64,000 nucleotides of DNA from Leptolyngbyaceae cyanobacterium (GTDB lineage Bacteria; Cyanobacteriota; Cyanobacteriia; Phormidesmidales; Phormidesmidaceae), in NCBI GenBank assembly GCA_965263355.1, contig CBDHHL010000056.1, forward strand, positions 2,176,001-2,240,000, in the 5' to 3' direction. The notes under the pieces are model-generated. The model was not told the origin of the DNA. It made no database searches and saw nothing but the letters and a program-made list of their open reading frames with translations. Each line of letters opens with the position of its first letter. The first letter of the stretch is position 1. Of this stretch, positions 11,784 to 22,499 are shown piece after piece. The position numbers were made by a program, and so were the translations under genes.

Positions 11784-12033
11784 AGTGATATACCTTTGAG
11801 ATAACTAGGAAGGCTAGAAATAGAAATAAAAAACAGTCTTTTCAACCACAACTATGACAAGACCTGTAATGCAAAGAACTTTCAGTTTTTGCCAGACAAC
11901 CCTTTAAGGCTCAATCTAATTTAGACTAAAAGCCGCCATCTCTTTTGAAAGAGCTGCTTTATTGTTAGGAACTACCTTTATTCTAATGAGAGGGCTTACT
12001 TATAGCGTTATCGGATTGCCGAATCTTTAATTT

Positions 12034-12687
12034 ATGCGCATTAAAATCTGTGGCCTAACTCAAATAGACCAAGCCGTTGCGATCGCACAAATGGGAGCAT
12101 CTGTGATCGGCTTTATCTGCGTTAGACAATCGCCACGCTACGTAACCCCTGAAACAATTGGCACCATTAGTCAGGCACTGCCGCCCATTGATCGTTTTGG
12201 TGTTTTTGCTAATGCACCTTTAGAAACAATTAAACCGATCGTCACCGCAGGGCAACTCAGTGGTGTGCAACTCCATGGGCAAGAATCTCCAACTGACTGT
12301 CAAAGCATTCGAATAGCAATGCCTCAAATAGAGCTAATTAAAGCGCTACGTATTCGCTCCCCCAAGGATTTAGATCAAATTAAAAACTATGTTCCTTACG
12401 TCGACACATTTTTACTAGATGCATATCATCCACAGCAGTTAGGAGGAACAGGACAGACCTTAGATTGGACAGCCCTCAAAACATTTTGTCCTGAAAAGCC
12501 ATGGTTTTTAGCGGGAGGATTACGCCCAGACAATATCACCGAGGCTCTCACCTTGCTATCTCCCGATGGCATTGATTTATCAAGCGGTGTCGAACAAGCC
12601 CCTGGCGACAAAGATTTAACCAAAGTCAATCAGTTAATCAAGGCAGTTAGCACCATAACCACCCCTAGAAAGGTCGAGAGTTTGTAA
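12034..12687 (+). CDS. trpF: Phosphoribosylanthranilate isomerase
   Basis: KICGLT, QLHGQE, GGTGQTLDW, LAGGL, DLSSGVE. Confidence 0.95.
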   Translation: MRIKICGLTQIDQAVAIAQMGASVIGFICVRQSPRYVTPETIGTISQALPPIDRFGVFANAPLETIKPIVTAGQLSGVQLHGQESPTDCQSIRIAMPQIELIKALRIRSPKDLDQIKNYVPYVDTFLLDAYHPQQLGGTGQTLDWTALKTFCPEKPWFLAGGLRPDNITEALTLLSPDGIDLSSGVEQAPGDKDLTKVNQLIKAVSTITTPRKVESL

Positions 12688-12801
12688 CAAAACATCTCTG
12701 AGCCTAAACCTTGATTACAGAATGTACGGTTTACTTCATGTGGTTAGAGCGATGGTGATAACTTAAATCCAGTCGTTAATAACTCCCTCTAGCTGCACTC
12801 T

Positions 12802-12966
12802 ATGTACAACGCCCAGAAAGACTGGTTAGGTGCCTTTATGATTGCTGCAATCGGTGCAGGCATAATTACATCGTTTGCCGTGAGCCAAGGGCAAAATCCT
12901 TTTGTTGGGCTTGGCATTACTGTCTTTGCATCTATTGCCGCTGTACTTTTTGATCATTTTTGCTAA
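12802..12966 (+). CDS. Small two-TM membrane protein (54 aa; not in ORF track)
   Basis: MYNAQKDWLGAFMIAAIGAGIITSFAVSQGQNPFVGLGITVFASIAAVLFDHFC; two hydrophobic segments; terminator follows. Confidence 0.7.
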   Translation: MYNAQKDWLGAFMIAAIGAGIITSFAVSQGQNPFVGLGITVFASIAAVLFDHFC

Positions 12967-13007
12967 AGGGGAAATGCGATTTCCTGTTCCAGCGATTGCT
13001 CCTGTCC

Positions 13008-13035
13008 AGCCAGCAGTTATGACTGCTGGCTTTTT
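13008..13035 (+). terminator. Rho-independent terminator
   Basis: AGCCAGCAGT-TATG-ACTGCTGGCT then TTTT. Confidence 0.75.
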
Positions 13036-13194
13036 CCTGTGCTTCAGGAGAACCAAGCTTGCATCACCACATCATCAAAGTCTGCATTGATTCACACAAT
13101 CGGACTGGCACAGCAAACAAGATTTCCATCGGAAAATCCCTATCCTATTTGCAAAGTCAGGACTATGAGTATGACATATCAGTAACCAATACTG

Positions 13195-13301
13195 ATACGA
13201 AATCCTGCTTGATAGCGCCCGGTATTAAAGGGCATCCACAAGGGAGTGCCCCTACAGGATTGTCAATTTCGAATCGGGTTTAATGAATTCGGATTTGGTA
13301 T
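13195..13301. repeat. MITE-like element with internal REP-type hairpin
   Basis: Terminal IRs ATACGAAATCC / GGATTTGGTAT; internal GGGCATCCACAAGGGAGTGCCCCTAC. Confidence 0.6.
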
Positions 13302-13341
13302 GACACCTTAGAAACTGTGGAGTTTAAGGTACCTACTCTAT

Positions 13342-13374
13342 AAAAAAAGTCGGTAATGTAACTATCACCGACTT
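13342..13374 (-). terminator. Terminator of sigC
   Basis: AAGTCGGT...ACCGACTT stem with an A7 run on + (U run on -). Confidence 0.7.
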
Positions 13375-13419
13375 CAAAATACACTGTATGCAATTAACCA
13401 GTCCCTGCACGATGAGGGG

Positions 13420-14691
13420 CTAACTCAGTGCCTCTAGATAATCGCGAATCCGATTACGACGCTTGGGCTGACGCAACTTTTGCAACGCTTTCGACTCAAT
13501 TTGGCGAACCCGCTCACGAGATAGCTCAAGGGTGCGACCAATCTCCGCCAGAGAGTAGGGTACACCATCCCCTAAACCAAACCGTAACCGAATGACCTCT
13601 TGTTCACGGGTAGTTAAGTCAGCCAAAAGTTGGTGCAAATCACGACGTAGAGCATCACGGACAGCTAGCTCTTCAGGAGATAGGGCATCAGTCTCCAGCA
13701 AATCGCCCAGTTCGGTATCACGCTCTTTCCCCACTTTGGTCTCTAGGGAAATAGACCGGGGCACTTTGAGGAGCACTTCACGGACTTGGGGAGCAGTCAT
13801 TTTTAGCTCGCGAGCAATATCTTCCACAGTGGCTGTCCGACCTTTAGTCTGGGAGATCTTGCGTTGAGCTTTTTTAATCTTGTTGAGCTTTTCAGTGATG
13901 TGAACAGGCAAGCGGATGGTGCGACTTTGGGTTGCGATCGCACGCGTAATCCCCTGGCGAATCCACCAGTAGGCATAGGTGCTAAAGCGATAGCCCTTAG
14001 TTGGGTCAAACTTTTCAACCGCACGCTCCAGCCCCAAAGTACCTTCTTGAATCAGATCTAGAAGCTCCAGACCTCGGTTTTGATACTTTTTGGCTACCGA
14101 TACGACCAAACGAAGATTGGCCTTAATCATATGCTCTTTAGCTCGCACACCTTCGTGACAGGCTTCATCCAACTCTTGCACAGACATACCGACCAACTCA
14201 GCCCACTGACGCTTACCAGCTTGTAATGTGGGCTTAAGATCCGCAGGTGCAATATCACACTCTTTAGCCAATCGCTCAAGGGAAGGACGATGCCCCAACT
14301 GAGCCGCCATGCGATCGCGGGTTTCTAACAACAATTCATAGGTGGCTAAAATTCCATTTTGAGCCTCAGCCGCTTGCTTACGCTGCTCTAAAAGACTCAT
14401 GTAGCCCTGAACCAACTGGGCTTCTGCTACCTCTTCGTCTCTCTCTAACAGACGTACACGACCAATTTCCTGAAGATAGAGACGAACTAAATCAGTAGTG
14501 CGGCGACCAGGGGCGACCGCCAATTTATCAACGTCTAAGTTATCTACAGTGCCATCATCATCCTTCGACAGCAGCATTTTAATATCAGTATCACTAGGCT
14601 CTTCCTTTACAGGATCAGCGGTAGCAAGAGCAACAGAGCTGGGGGCTGCCGAATCAGCATCTGCAGTGGTTTGATAAGACGTTGCATCCAT
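13420..14691 (-). CDS. sigC: Group 2 RNA polymerase sigma factor SigC
   Basis: RRTTDLVRLYLQEIGRVRLL, NLRLVVSVAKKYQNRGLELLDLIQEG; start placed at MDATSY (ORF is open to 14724). Confidence 0.88.
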   Translation of the reverse strand: MDATSYQTTADADSAAPSSVALATADPVKEEPSDTDIKMLLSKDDDGTVDNLDVDKLAVAPGRRTTDLVRLYLQEIGRVRLLERDEEVAEAQLVQGYMSLLEQRKQAAEAQNGILATYELLLETRDRMAAQLGHRPSLERLAKECDIAPADLKPTLQAGKRQWAELVGMSVQELDEACHEGVRAKEHMIKANLRLVVSVAKKYQNRGLELLDLIQEGTLGLERAVEKFDPTKGYRFSTYAYWWIRQGITRAIATQSRTIRLPVHITEKLNKIKKAQRKISQTKGRTATVEDIARELKMTAPQVREVLLKVPRSISLETKVGKERDTELGDLLETDALSPEELAVRDALRRDLHQLLADLTTREQEVIRLRFGLGDGVPYSLAEIGRTLELSRERVRQIESKALQKLRQPKRRNRIRDYLEALS

Positions 14692-15242
14692 AACCATGGG
14701 CGGTGTAGCTTTAAGAACAGTCAAGGCCGTCTAGCCCTCGTAGATGTAGTGTGCCCGACCCAATAGAGCGGGGAACAATCTGCAAAATTGGGAATAAGCT
14801 CAGAACACAAGATCAGACCTTGTGAGCTAGACTGACGCACCCATACTTAGCGTAGAGTGACGTTGTAAAACTCCAAGTGACTCACATCAAGGTGCCTTAA
14901 GGATCTACATCACCTAATACGCCTATTCCCGATAAACAGCATCTAAGATTACGCCGAGGACCCTATCTAACTAAATATCAACCGCTGCAGAGTGATTGGA
15001 TCAGGATTAGTCCAGGTTTTTCAGTGGCACAATTTTGCAGTAAAAATCCTGATGTATTCAGGAATTAGAACACTTCATTTCCCTGGTAATTAAAGGCTTT
15101 CCAAAAGCTTCCCAGCCCCAACTCATCAAGCAAATACGCAATAAACATGACAAAATTTTCATCCGCATCCGCAGTTTTATTACATTTGCTTTACGTGCAG
15201 CCAGTTAGACTAGCTGCCCCCAATTACTTCGATCAGTTTTTG

Positions 15243-18200
15243 TCAGCTTTCGTCAATTACTGCTTTTCGATCAAGCAATAGCAGTTCACGCAACTGGTCC
15301 GTATCCAACTCGGTCAACCACTGTTCACCAGCGCCAACAACCTGCTCTGCCAGAGCTTTTTTACTTTCAATCATGTCGTTGATGCGCTCTTCTAAGGTGC
15401 CGCTACAAACAAATTTATGCACCTGAACATTGCGAGTTTGACCAATGCGAAACGCCCGATCCGTAGCCTGGTTTTCGACAGCAGGATTCCACCAGCGGTC
15501 AAAGTGAAAGACATGGTTAGCGCGGGTAAGATTCAGCCCTACCCCCCCCGCTTTTAGGGAAAGAATAAATATCTTGGGACCATTAGGATCTTGTTGGAAT
15601 CGATCTACCATGGCTTCACGGGCAGGTTGAGATGTACTGCCATAAAGAAACAGGGCATCTTCTCCCAACTGTTCCTTGAGATAAGCCTGGAGCAAGTTTC
15701 CCCACTCAGCAAACTGGGTAAAAATCAGGGCTCGATCACCTTCTGAAATGACCTCTTCAAGCATCTCAGTCAGACGCTGCAGTTTAGCGGACCGTCGCTG
15801 TTTACCCAAGGATGCCTGCTTTAGATATTGAGCAGGATGATTGCAAATTTGCTTCAACTTTACCAATAATCCCAAAATCATGCCCCGTCGCTTCACGCCA
15901 TCTGCCACATCAATATCAGCTAATGCCTCATCAACAGCTTTTTGGTACAACCGTGCTTGTTCCGTAGAGAGACCACAGAAAACTGTCATTTCTTGCTTTT
16001 CAGGCAAGTCCTGAATAATACTGCGATCGGTCTTAAGTCGTCTCAAGATAAAGGGCTGTACCAAACTTCGCAGGGTGCGCAATGAATCGGTATCACCATA
16101 GCGTTCAATCGGAGTAGCAAAACGCCGCTGAAAAAAGTTTTTAGGACCCAAATAATTGGGATTCAAAAAATCCATAATGGACCATAGTTCAGATAGCCGG
16201 TTTTCGACTGGAGTACCCGTCAACGCAATGCGGAAATCACTCTCCAATTCTCGCACCGCCTTAGACTGCTTAGCATCAGAGTTTTTAATATTTTGAGCTT
16301 CATCAAGTACTAGCCCTTGCCATTCAACTCGCTTTAGCTCCTTTAGGTCTCGATAAACCAGGGTATAGCTTGTAATGATTAAATCCGTTGTTCGGGCTTG
16401 CTTGACAAGCATCGCTCCTTTGGAACGTTTGTCACCGTGATAAATCAGCGTTGCCAATTTTGGACCAAACCGCTTTACTTCTCGCTGCCAGTTGCTTAAC
16501 ACCGATGTGGGACAAACAAGCAATACCGGTTTAGTGAGGATATCTTGTTGTTTAAGATTGAGCAAAAAAGCAATAAGCTGAACGGTTTTACCTAAACCCA
16601 TGTCATCTGCCAAGCAAGCACCCAATCCCCACTGCTCCAAAAATGAGAGCCAGGAAACTCCTCTGGCCTGATAGGAACGGAGCTTACCCTTAAATCCATC
16701 CGGCTCTTTTATTTCTTCAAGACTCTGATTCCCTGTGGTCAAGGTTGTAATCAACTCATCTAACTTACCCGATGCTTCAAAGGCTACTACGGGCAACTTA
16801 TCAATCAACTGTCCATCACCACTGCTAATACGCAAAATTTCCTCAACAGACAATTTATTTTGAGTTTGCCGACTAGTAAAGAACGACTGGGCAGCTTTGA
16901 CATCCTGAGGTCGGAGTTCCACCCATTGACCATTAACTTCCACCAGAGGTGTTTGTTGAGAAATCAACTGTTCAAATTCGCGCTGGCTAACATTTTGGCC
17001 ACCAATAGAAAGCTCCCACTCAAAATTGAGTAGGCTCTGCAAACCTAGACGCTGTTGTTTACGAGATGGGGCCATCGCCTTAACTCGCAAGCCCAAACGA
17101 CTAGCACTAGCCTTGGTTGGATCCACCAGATTCTCAGGCAGAGTTACTCCAAAACCGTTATCCTGAAGGCGATTTGCCGTTTCTTTAATAAATTCAAAGG
17201 CCTGAATCGGATCCAAGGTACAAAGACTAGGACTTGGTTCACCCAAGGTTTGCCTAACCGGTTCACATAGGCGAGCTGCTCGACCTAAGCCTGCCAGTAA
17301 TTTCTCTTGAGGAGCTTCTACCGTACGTCCACAATAATCTAACTGATCCACCGGATGCTGCCAAATCATTTGGGCATCAAGACAAAAGTTTTCATCGTCA
17401 GAAACTTTTAGACCATAGTGCAAAATCCAATTGAGTTCCCCAGTTGGTGGAGGCACTAGCCTAAAGCTCACATGTAATAAATCGAGGGCATCAACCGCTA
17501 AGTTTTGTAGGGGAGCAGTCCAAGTATTGAGAGCTTCGTTAAGCCGGACTAAACCAACTGGCGTAGATTCAAATCGTTTTTTCTTATCTTGGGTCAACCC
17601 TCCAACCCACTCGCGCAGGGGCAAATCTTTACTGAGAGGCGCGGTTGCTGGCAGAGGCTGAGCTTGAGCTAGCATACGCACCTGAGCAGATACTACATGA
17701 CTTAAAAAATCTTGGAGCAAGGGGGGGGACGGTTTTGGAAAACAGACCACCAAGGGAACGCCTGACAGCTCAAAGAGCACGGCTTTAGACGTCTTACCCT
17801 TAGTTTTTTTTGCCTTGGTAGTTTTAGTAGTCGCTTTACGAGTTTTGGTTTCGAGGGATTGATATAGCCTGCAAACTAATGGAATACGCTCAGAAAACTG
17901 ACGCAGGCGCGCCTGATCAGTGGCGCTGTTAAGCAATAACTGCCAGGTTGAGATCGCACCGTCACCATCAGCACTCACCGTTGGCACAAACTTCCCACGT
18001 GCCATCAAATCTAGACTCCAACGAGCTATGTGAGACCAATAGCGCAGATCACCTCCCACTAAACCAGCATCAGCACCTAAGGGTAAGCCTGTGAGCAAAT
18101 TCAAAGCTGATGCTGTTGGTAACATTACCCCAGAAATTTGCCAGGGATAAAGTTCAGCCTTCAAGCCCTGAAATTGTCCAGACAGCTGCGGATAAATCTG

Positions 18201-18458
18201 CTCACCCTCTTCACCCTCTATCACAGTGGGCACTGCCAAAACTTGCTCACCCCAACGAGACTGCAACCGTTCCGCCAACGGGCTCAAATCCCACTGAGTT
18301 TCACTCACCACAAAATCTTGAAACTCATCCTGACTTAAACAATAGGGATGAATCGCGACACTCCAACTATGCTCGGTCTCTTCAAGTCTGCGCCATGTCT
18401 CAGCCCATACAAAAAAACGCTGCTGTTTCGGGAGCCAACTTCCATGGAGAATTGCCAT
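15243..18458 (-). CDS. SNF2-family helicase/ATPase
   Basis: MAILHGSW start, LADDMGLGKT, DEAQNIKN, TGTPVENRL, SLKAGGVGLNLT, QATDRAFRIGQ. Confidence 0.95.
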   Translation of the reverse strand: MAILHGSWLPKQQRFFVWAETWRRLEETEHSWSVAIHPYCLSQDEFQDFVVSETQWDLSPLAERLQSRWGEQVLAVPTVIEGEEGEQIYPQLSGQFQGLKAELYPWQISGVMLPTASALNLLTGLPLGADAGLVGGDLRYWSHIARWSLDLMARGKFVPTVSADGDGAISTWQLLLNSATDQARLRQFSERIPLVCRLYQSLETKTRKATTKTTKAKKTKGKTSKAVLFELSGVPLVVCFPKPSPPLLQDFLSHVVSAQVRMLAQAQPLPATAPLSKDLPLREWVGGLTQDKKKRFESTPVGLVRLNEALNTWTAPLQNLAVDALDLLHVSFRLVPPPTGELNWILHYGLKVSDDENFCLDAQMIWQHPVDQLDYCGRTVEAPQEKLLAGLGRAARLCEPVRQTLGEPSPSLCTLDPIQAFEFIKETANRLQDNGFGVTLPENLVDPTKASASRLGLRVKAMAPSRKQQRLGLQSLLNFEWELSIGGQNVSQREFEQLISQQTPLVEVNGQWVELRPQDVKAAQSFFTSRQTQNKLSVEEILRISSGDGQLIDKLPVVAFEASGKLDELITTLTTGNQSLEEIKEPDGFKGKLRSYQARGVSWLSFLEQWGLGACLADDMGLGKTVQLIAFLLNLKQQDILTKPVLLVCPTSVLSNWQREVKRFGPKLATLIYHGDKRSKGAMLVKQARTTDLIITSYTLVYRDLKELKRVEWQGLVLDEAQNIKNSDAKQSKAVRELESDFRIALTGTPVENRLSELWSIMDFLNPNYLGPKNFFQRRFATPIERYGDTDSLRTLRSLVQPFILRRLKTDRSIIQDLPEKQEMTVFCGLSTEQARLYQKAVDEALADIDVADGVKRRGMILGLLVKLKQICNHPAQYLKQASLGKQRRSAKLQRLTEMLEEVISEGDRALIFTQFAEWGNLLQAYLKEQLGEDALFLYGSTSQPAREAMVDRFQQDPNGPKIFILSLKAGGVGLNLTRANHVFHFDRWWNPAVENQATDRAFRIGQTRNVQVHKFVCSGTLEERINDMIESKKALAEQVVGAGEQWLTELDTDQLRELLLLDRKAVIDES

Positions 18459-18539
18459 AATCAATACTGCCTTCAGTACCGTCCAAAATCCAGATGCAAA
18501 GGATCTAGAGAATATAGAAGCGGAAATAAAATCCCCTAC

Positions 18540-19493
18540 CTACATCTCATATTTTTCATAGGCCGCCACAATCTGCTGCACCAATGGATGGCGAACAACA
18601 TCGGCCTTCGTCAATTCAGAAAATGCAATGCCATTAACGCCTTTGAGAACCTTAATAGCCATGGATAGACCCGATTGCTGGCCATGTAGTAAATCCGTTT
18701 GTGTAACATCACCTGTAACAACCATGCGGGATTTGAAACCCAAACGTGTCAGGACCATTTTCATCTGCGCAGGTGTCGTATTTTGCGCCTCATCCAAAAT
18801 CACAAATGCATTACTCAAGGTTCGACCGCGCATGTAAGCCAATGGAGCTACCTCAATAATGCCGCGATCCATCAAACCAGGAATACGCTCCGGATCAATT
18901 AACTCATGCAGAGCATCGTAAAGTGGGCGTAAATAAGGATCAACTTTCTGCTGCAAGTCACCTGGCAAAAACCCTAAGCGCTCACCCGCCTCAACTGCAG
19001 GGCGCGTCAAAATTAATCGCTCATATCGTTGTTCAAGAATCGCTTGGACAGCTACCATAGCCGCTAAAAACGTTTTCCCCGTTCCAGCTGGCCCGGTACA
19101 AAAAATCAGATCATTAGTTCGTAAAAAACCTACATACTTACGCTGACGAAAGGTTTTTGCCCGAATTGTTTCCCCTCTACGGGTACGAGCAATCACATCC
19201 CCATATAGCTGGCCCAAATCATCTTCTCGATGGGTATCGAGGGCTTGCACCGCAGTCATAACATCAGCAACCGAGACTGTTTGCCCTTGGGACCAAATAG
19301 TTTTAAGTGAGTAAACCAAGCGCTGAGAACGCTCTACCTGGTTTGGCTTACCTGATATCAGTAACGTAGTACCACGCATAACCAGCTTGGCTCCCGTTTG
19401 CTGAGATAATCGCTTAACAGCTTCTTCCTGATACCCGGCCATCGCCATTGCTTGCTCAGCCGAATCAAATTCAAATGTGAAGGCACCTTCCAT
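18540..19493 (-). CDS. phoH: PhoH family ATPase
   Basis: GPAGTGKT, RPAVEAGERLGFLPGD, YMRGRTL, DEAQN. Confidence 0.95.
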   Translation of the reverse strand: MEGAFTFEFDSAEQAMAMAGYQEEAVKRLSQQTGAKLVMRGTTLLISGKPNQVERSQRLVYSLKTIWSQGQTVSVADVMTAVQALDTHREDDLGQLYGDVIARTRRGETIRAKTFRQRKYVGFLRTNDLIFCTGPAGTGKTFLAAMVAVQAILEQRYERLILTRPAVEAGERLGFLPGDLQQKVDPYLRPLYDALHELIDPERIPGLMDRGIIEVAPLAYMRGRTLSNAFVILDEAQNTTPAQMKMVLTRLGFKSRMVVTGDVTQTDLLHGQQSGLSMAIKVLKGVNGIAFSELTKADVVRHPLVQQIVAAYEKYEM

Positions 19494-19593
19494 ACAACAG
19501 ACTAAATTCTGCCGCCAAAAATATACGGATATTTACCAATCCTTAGAGCCTATAGACTACTAACTTAATGCCGCTGCCCTAGGAAAGAACCGA

Positions 19594-20001
19594 CTACACG
19601 TCATCTTGACTATGATGATTATTACGCTTGGAATTTTTGTTAGGTCCTGAACGCCCACCGCCACGACGAGGACGACTACTACCACCACGACCACTACTGC
19701 GTGAACGAACACGATCGGAACCACCAGCACCTGGGTCATGAGAGGATTCACCATACACATCCAGATGCACTGAACAGTTATGTAGTGAACCTGTTGCTTT
19801 TAAGACTTTTCGAATTGCCTGAATATTACGACCACCGCGTCCAAAGACACGACCTTTGTCTTCACCGTCAAAAGCAACTCGAATCCAAAGTCGCTGACCA
19901 CCTGACAGCGGCTCAAAGTCCAATCTCAAGGCATCAGGAACCTCCAGAAAGGGAGTTACTAGAAATCGAACTAAGGCTTCAAAATCGGGCACATTAGTCA
20001 C
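19594..20001 (-). CDS. khpA: KH-domain RNA-binding protein (KhpA-like)
   Basis: DKGRVFGRGGRNIQAIR; follows rpsP; RG-rich tail. Confidence 0.85.
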   Translation of the reverse strand: MTNVPDFEALVRFLVTPFLEVPDALRLDFEPLSGGQRLWIRVAFDGEDKGRVFGRGGRNIQAIRKVLKATGSLHNCSVHLDVYGESSHDPGAGGSDRVRSRSSGRGGSSRPRRGGGRSGPNKNSKRNNHHSQDDV

Positions 20002-20130
20002 CTTCTAAAAATCAAGCAGCAAGCATCGCTAACATAACAGTCTGCAAAACTTCTCCCAGAGTAAATACCTACAGAAAAAGCTCGCTAACATAACAGCCAG
20101 CCCTTTAAACTATGACTGCTTGCACTAGCA

Positions 20131-20379
20131 CTAGGCCTTTAGCTGCTCGTATACGTTAGCTTTTTCCAGAATACGCTGCACAGTTTTCGTAGGTTGAGCT
20201 CCTTCCTTAAGACGCTTGACAATAGCAGGCACTTCCAAACGCGTTTCGTCAGTCCGAGGATTGTAGAAACCTAGTTCTTCAAGAGGTCGACCATCACGAC
20301 GATCTCGGCTATTCATAGCCACAATCCGATAGCTTACCTCACGCTTTTTGCCATAACGCTTCAGTCGCAATTTGATCAT
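20131..20379 (-). CDS. rpsP: 30S ribosomal protein S16
   Basis: [17 protein letters not shown]...[15 protein letters not shown]; start at ATG 20379. Confidence 0.97.
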   Translation of the reverse strand: MIKLRLKRYGKKREVSYRIVAMNSRDRRDGRPLEELGFYNPRTDETRLEVPAIVKRLKEGAQPTKTVQRILEKANVYEQLKA

Positions 20380-20691
20380 AATTTTATTGAAACGGTCTAT
20401 CCAATAGACTAGAGGGTTTACATCATTTTGATGCACTGAGTCAGCGCATCACATCAATAGTCATCTGCATTGCAACGACTGAGTAGAACAAGGCTAAAAA
20501 TCTTAGGCAATATTCCACTCACTCAGAGCACTTAATTCTATCATCACTTAGAGGCATCGGCACTAGAGTGATGACATTGATGTAGTCGATGTATGACCAG
20601 GTGAAGATACCAAATCTATCACCATCTATCACCTGGAAATGCCCCCTAATCCTGACAAATCGCAAAGCCATCAAGATTGAGAAAAGCTCTA

Positions 20692-20823
20692 TCAATCCTC
20701 ATGGTCATCAAACGGGTCAGCAAGCTGCTTGGAAGGGGGGCCGAATGCAATATAAACAGCAAACCCAGTAAAGGTAATAACAATCGCACCTACTGAAATA
20801 ATAAGAACTGTTGCAGAATCCAT
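20692..20823 (-). CDS. psbN: Photosystem II assembly protein PsbN (not in ORF track)
   Basis: MDSATVLIISVGAIVITFTGFAVYIAFGPPSKQLADPFDDHED; divergent from psbH. Confidence 0.95.
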   Translation of the reverse strand: MDSATVLIISVGAIVITFTGFAVYIAFGPPSKQLADPFDDHED

Positions 20824-20898
20824 AGGATCGTTTAAGGCTTGAAGGATGTAAAATCTATGATATTACAGAATATAAAGTGACCTTAAGGTAAATACGCC

Positions 20899-21102
20899 AT
20901 GGCACAGCAAACTCGGTTAGGAAACCTGCTCAAACCTCTAAACTCTGAATACGGTAAAGTTGCTCCTGGCTGGGGCACTACCCCCTTAATGGGAGTATTT
21001 ATGGCACTTTTCTTTGTCTTTTTACTGATCATTCTGCAACTTTACAATCATTCAATCCAAATTCAAGGTGTTGACGTGGATTGGCGCAGCTTGAGCTTTT
21101 AA
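20899..21102 (+). CDS. psbH: Photosystem II protein PsbH
   Basis: [21 protein letters not shown]. Confidence 0.97.
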   Translation: MAQQTRLGNLLKPLNSEYGKVAPGWGTTPLMGVFMALFFVFLLIILQLYNHSIQIQGVDVDWRSLSF

Positions 21103-21310
21103 GCCGGTTTTGTCAACGTATCGGTATCGCTTTAACCTAGTTGTTACAGCGATATTGTTTAACTTGAAAGTTTACTGAGGGGATGGGTTCTACTGGCCTG
21201 TCCCCTTTACTAGTAACGTTCCAGTAGCTCTTAACGTGATTCGCTACAGTTCCTGAATCAGTTCTGAAACATAGTTCGCAGTAGTCAACGTCAGCAGGAG
21301 ATGACTTGGA

Positions 21311-21622
21311 ATGAATATTTTTGGCATTGGTCTGCCAGAGATGGTGCTCATCATGATGGTGGCCTTGTTGGTATTTGGCCCCAAGAAATTGCCAGAGATT
21401 GGTCGTAGTCTTGGCAAGGCTATCAAAGGGTTTCAAGATGCCTCTAAAGAGTTTGAGGATGAATTTAAAAAGGAAGCTGCTCGGATTGAAAAGACAGTAA
21501 CCGAGCCTATGAAAGCAACCTTAGAAAAGACAGAACCCAAAGCGCTTCAGCCAGACACCGAAACAGCAGACAACAGTCAAGCAACTGACACCACAGGCAT
21601 AGTCAACGACAAGACAGTTTAG
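21311..21622 (+). CDS. tatA: Twin-arginine translocase subunit TatA
   Basis: FGIGLPEM...LLVFGPKKLPEIGRSLGKAIKGF. Confidence 0.95.
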   Translation: MNIFGIGLPEMVLIMMVALLVFGPKKLPEIGRSLGKAIKGFQDASKEFEDEFKKEAARIEKTVTEPMKATLEKTEPKALQPDTETADNSQATDTTGIVNDKTV

Positions 21623-21801
21623 AGCGCCACTACTCACTCCATCTACAACATACATACTCTTCTCCAATAGGCATATGTAATATATGGAGGATTGAGGGCT
21701 ACGCGCCATTCGTTAGCTACTTGTGGACATGCATACTTTAGCTTTGAAAAAAAATTAAAGTGCAGGTAATAGCCATTGCCTAGAAAATTCAAAACCATAG
21801 C

Positions 21802-22431
21802 ATGGTGACTACAAACACTGACTTGCTACACAAACCAAAGTTGTTAGTAGGACTAGGCAATCCCGGACAAAAGTATGACCGTACACGTCACAATATCGGC
21901 TTTGAAGTGATTGATCACCTGGCTAAGGACTGGTCCATTAAACTCACTGAAAATAAAAGATTCCAAGGTAGTGTCGGTGAAACTCGAGTTACATCTGGTG
22001 ATCGCCTAATTTTACTTAAGCCTTCTACATATATGAACCGTTCCGGTCAATCAGTACGGGCAGTCGTTGATTGGTACAAACTATCACCCCATGATGTTTT
22101 AGTGATTTATGACGACATGGATCTACCCATTGGGCGGTTACGGTTACGTCTATCAGGCTCAGCTGGTGGCCATAATGGGATGAAATCCATCATTTCCCAT
22201 TTGGCTACTCAAATGTTTCCCAGACTGCGATTGGGTATTAGCCGAGTACACAGTTCAGAAAAGCAGGTTAATCGAACCGTCGTGGGTCATGTTTTAGGAA
22301 AATTTGCGCCAGATGAGCGGAAGGTTATGGATACCGCTATCAGCCTAGCTGGTGACGCCATCGAATTTAGCCTAAGCAAAGGCATTGAACGAGCCATGAG
22401 TCTTTACAATGGGCGAGAAGTTACAGAATAG
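21802..22431 (+). CDS. pth: Peptidyl-tRNA hydrolase
   Basis: VGLGNPG..Y..TRHNIGF, KPSTYMN.SG, GSAGGHNGMKS. Confidence 0.97.
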   Translation: MVTTNTDLLHKPKLLVGLGNPGQKYDRTRHNIGFEVIDHLAKDWSIKLTENKRFQGSVGETRVTSGDRLILLKPSTYMNRSGQSVRAVVDWYKLSPHDVLVIYDDMDLPIGRLRLRLSGSAGGHNGMKSIISHLATQMFPRLRLGISRVHSSEKQVNRTVVGHVLGKFAPDERKVMDTAISLAGDAIEFSLSKGIERAMSLYNGREVTE

Positions 22432-22499
22432 ATCAGGTTAAACTCATTTATCCTAACGATGAAAACTTAAACAGTAGGGTCCCATTGCTGTAGTGAGCT

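Noticed and set aside
12802..12966. psaK
   Set aside because: Two-TM size is similar, but PsaK motifs such as the GHI.G segment are absent
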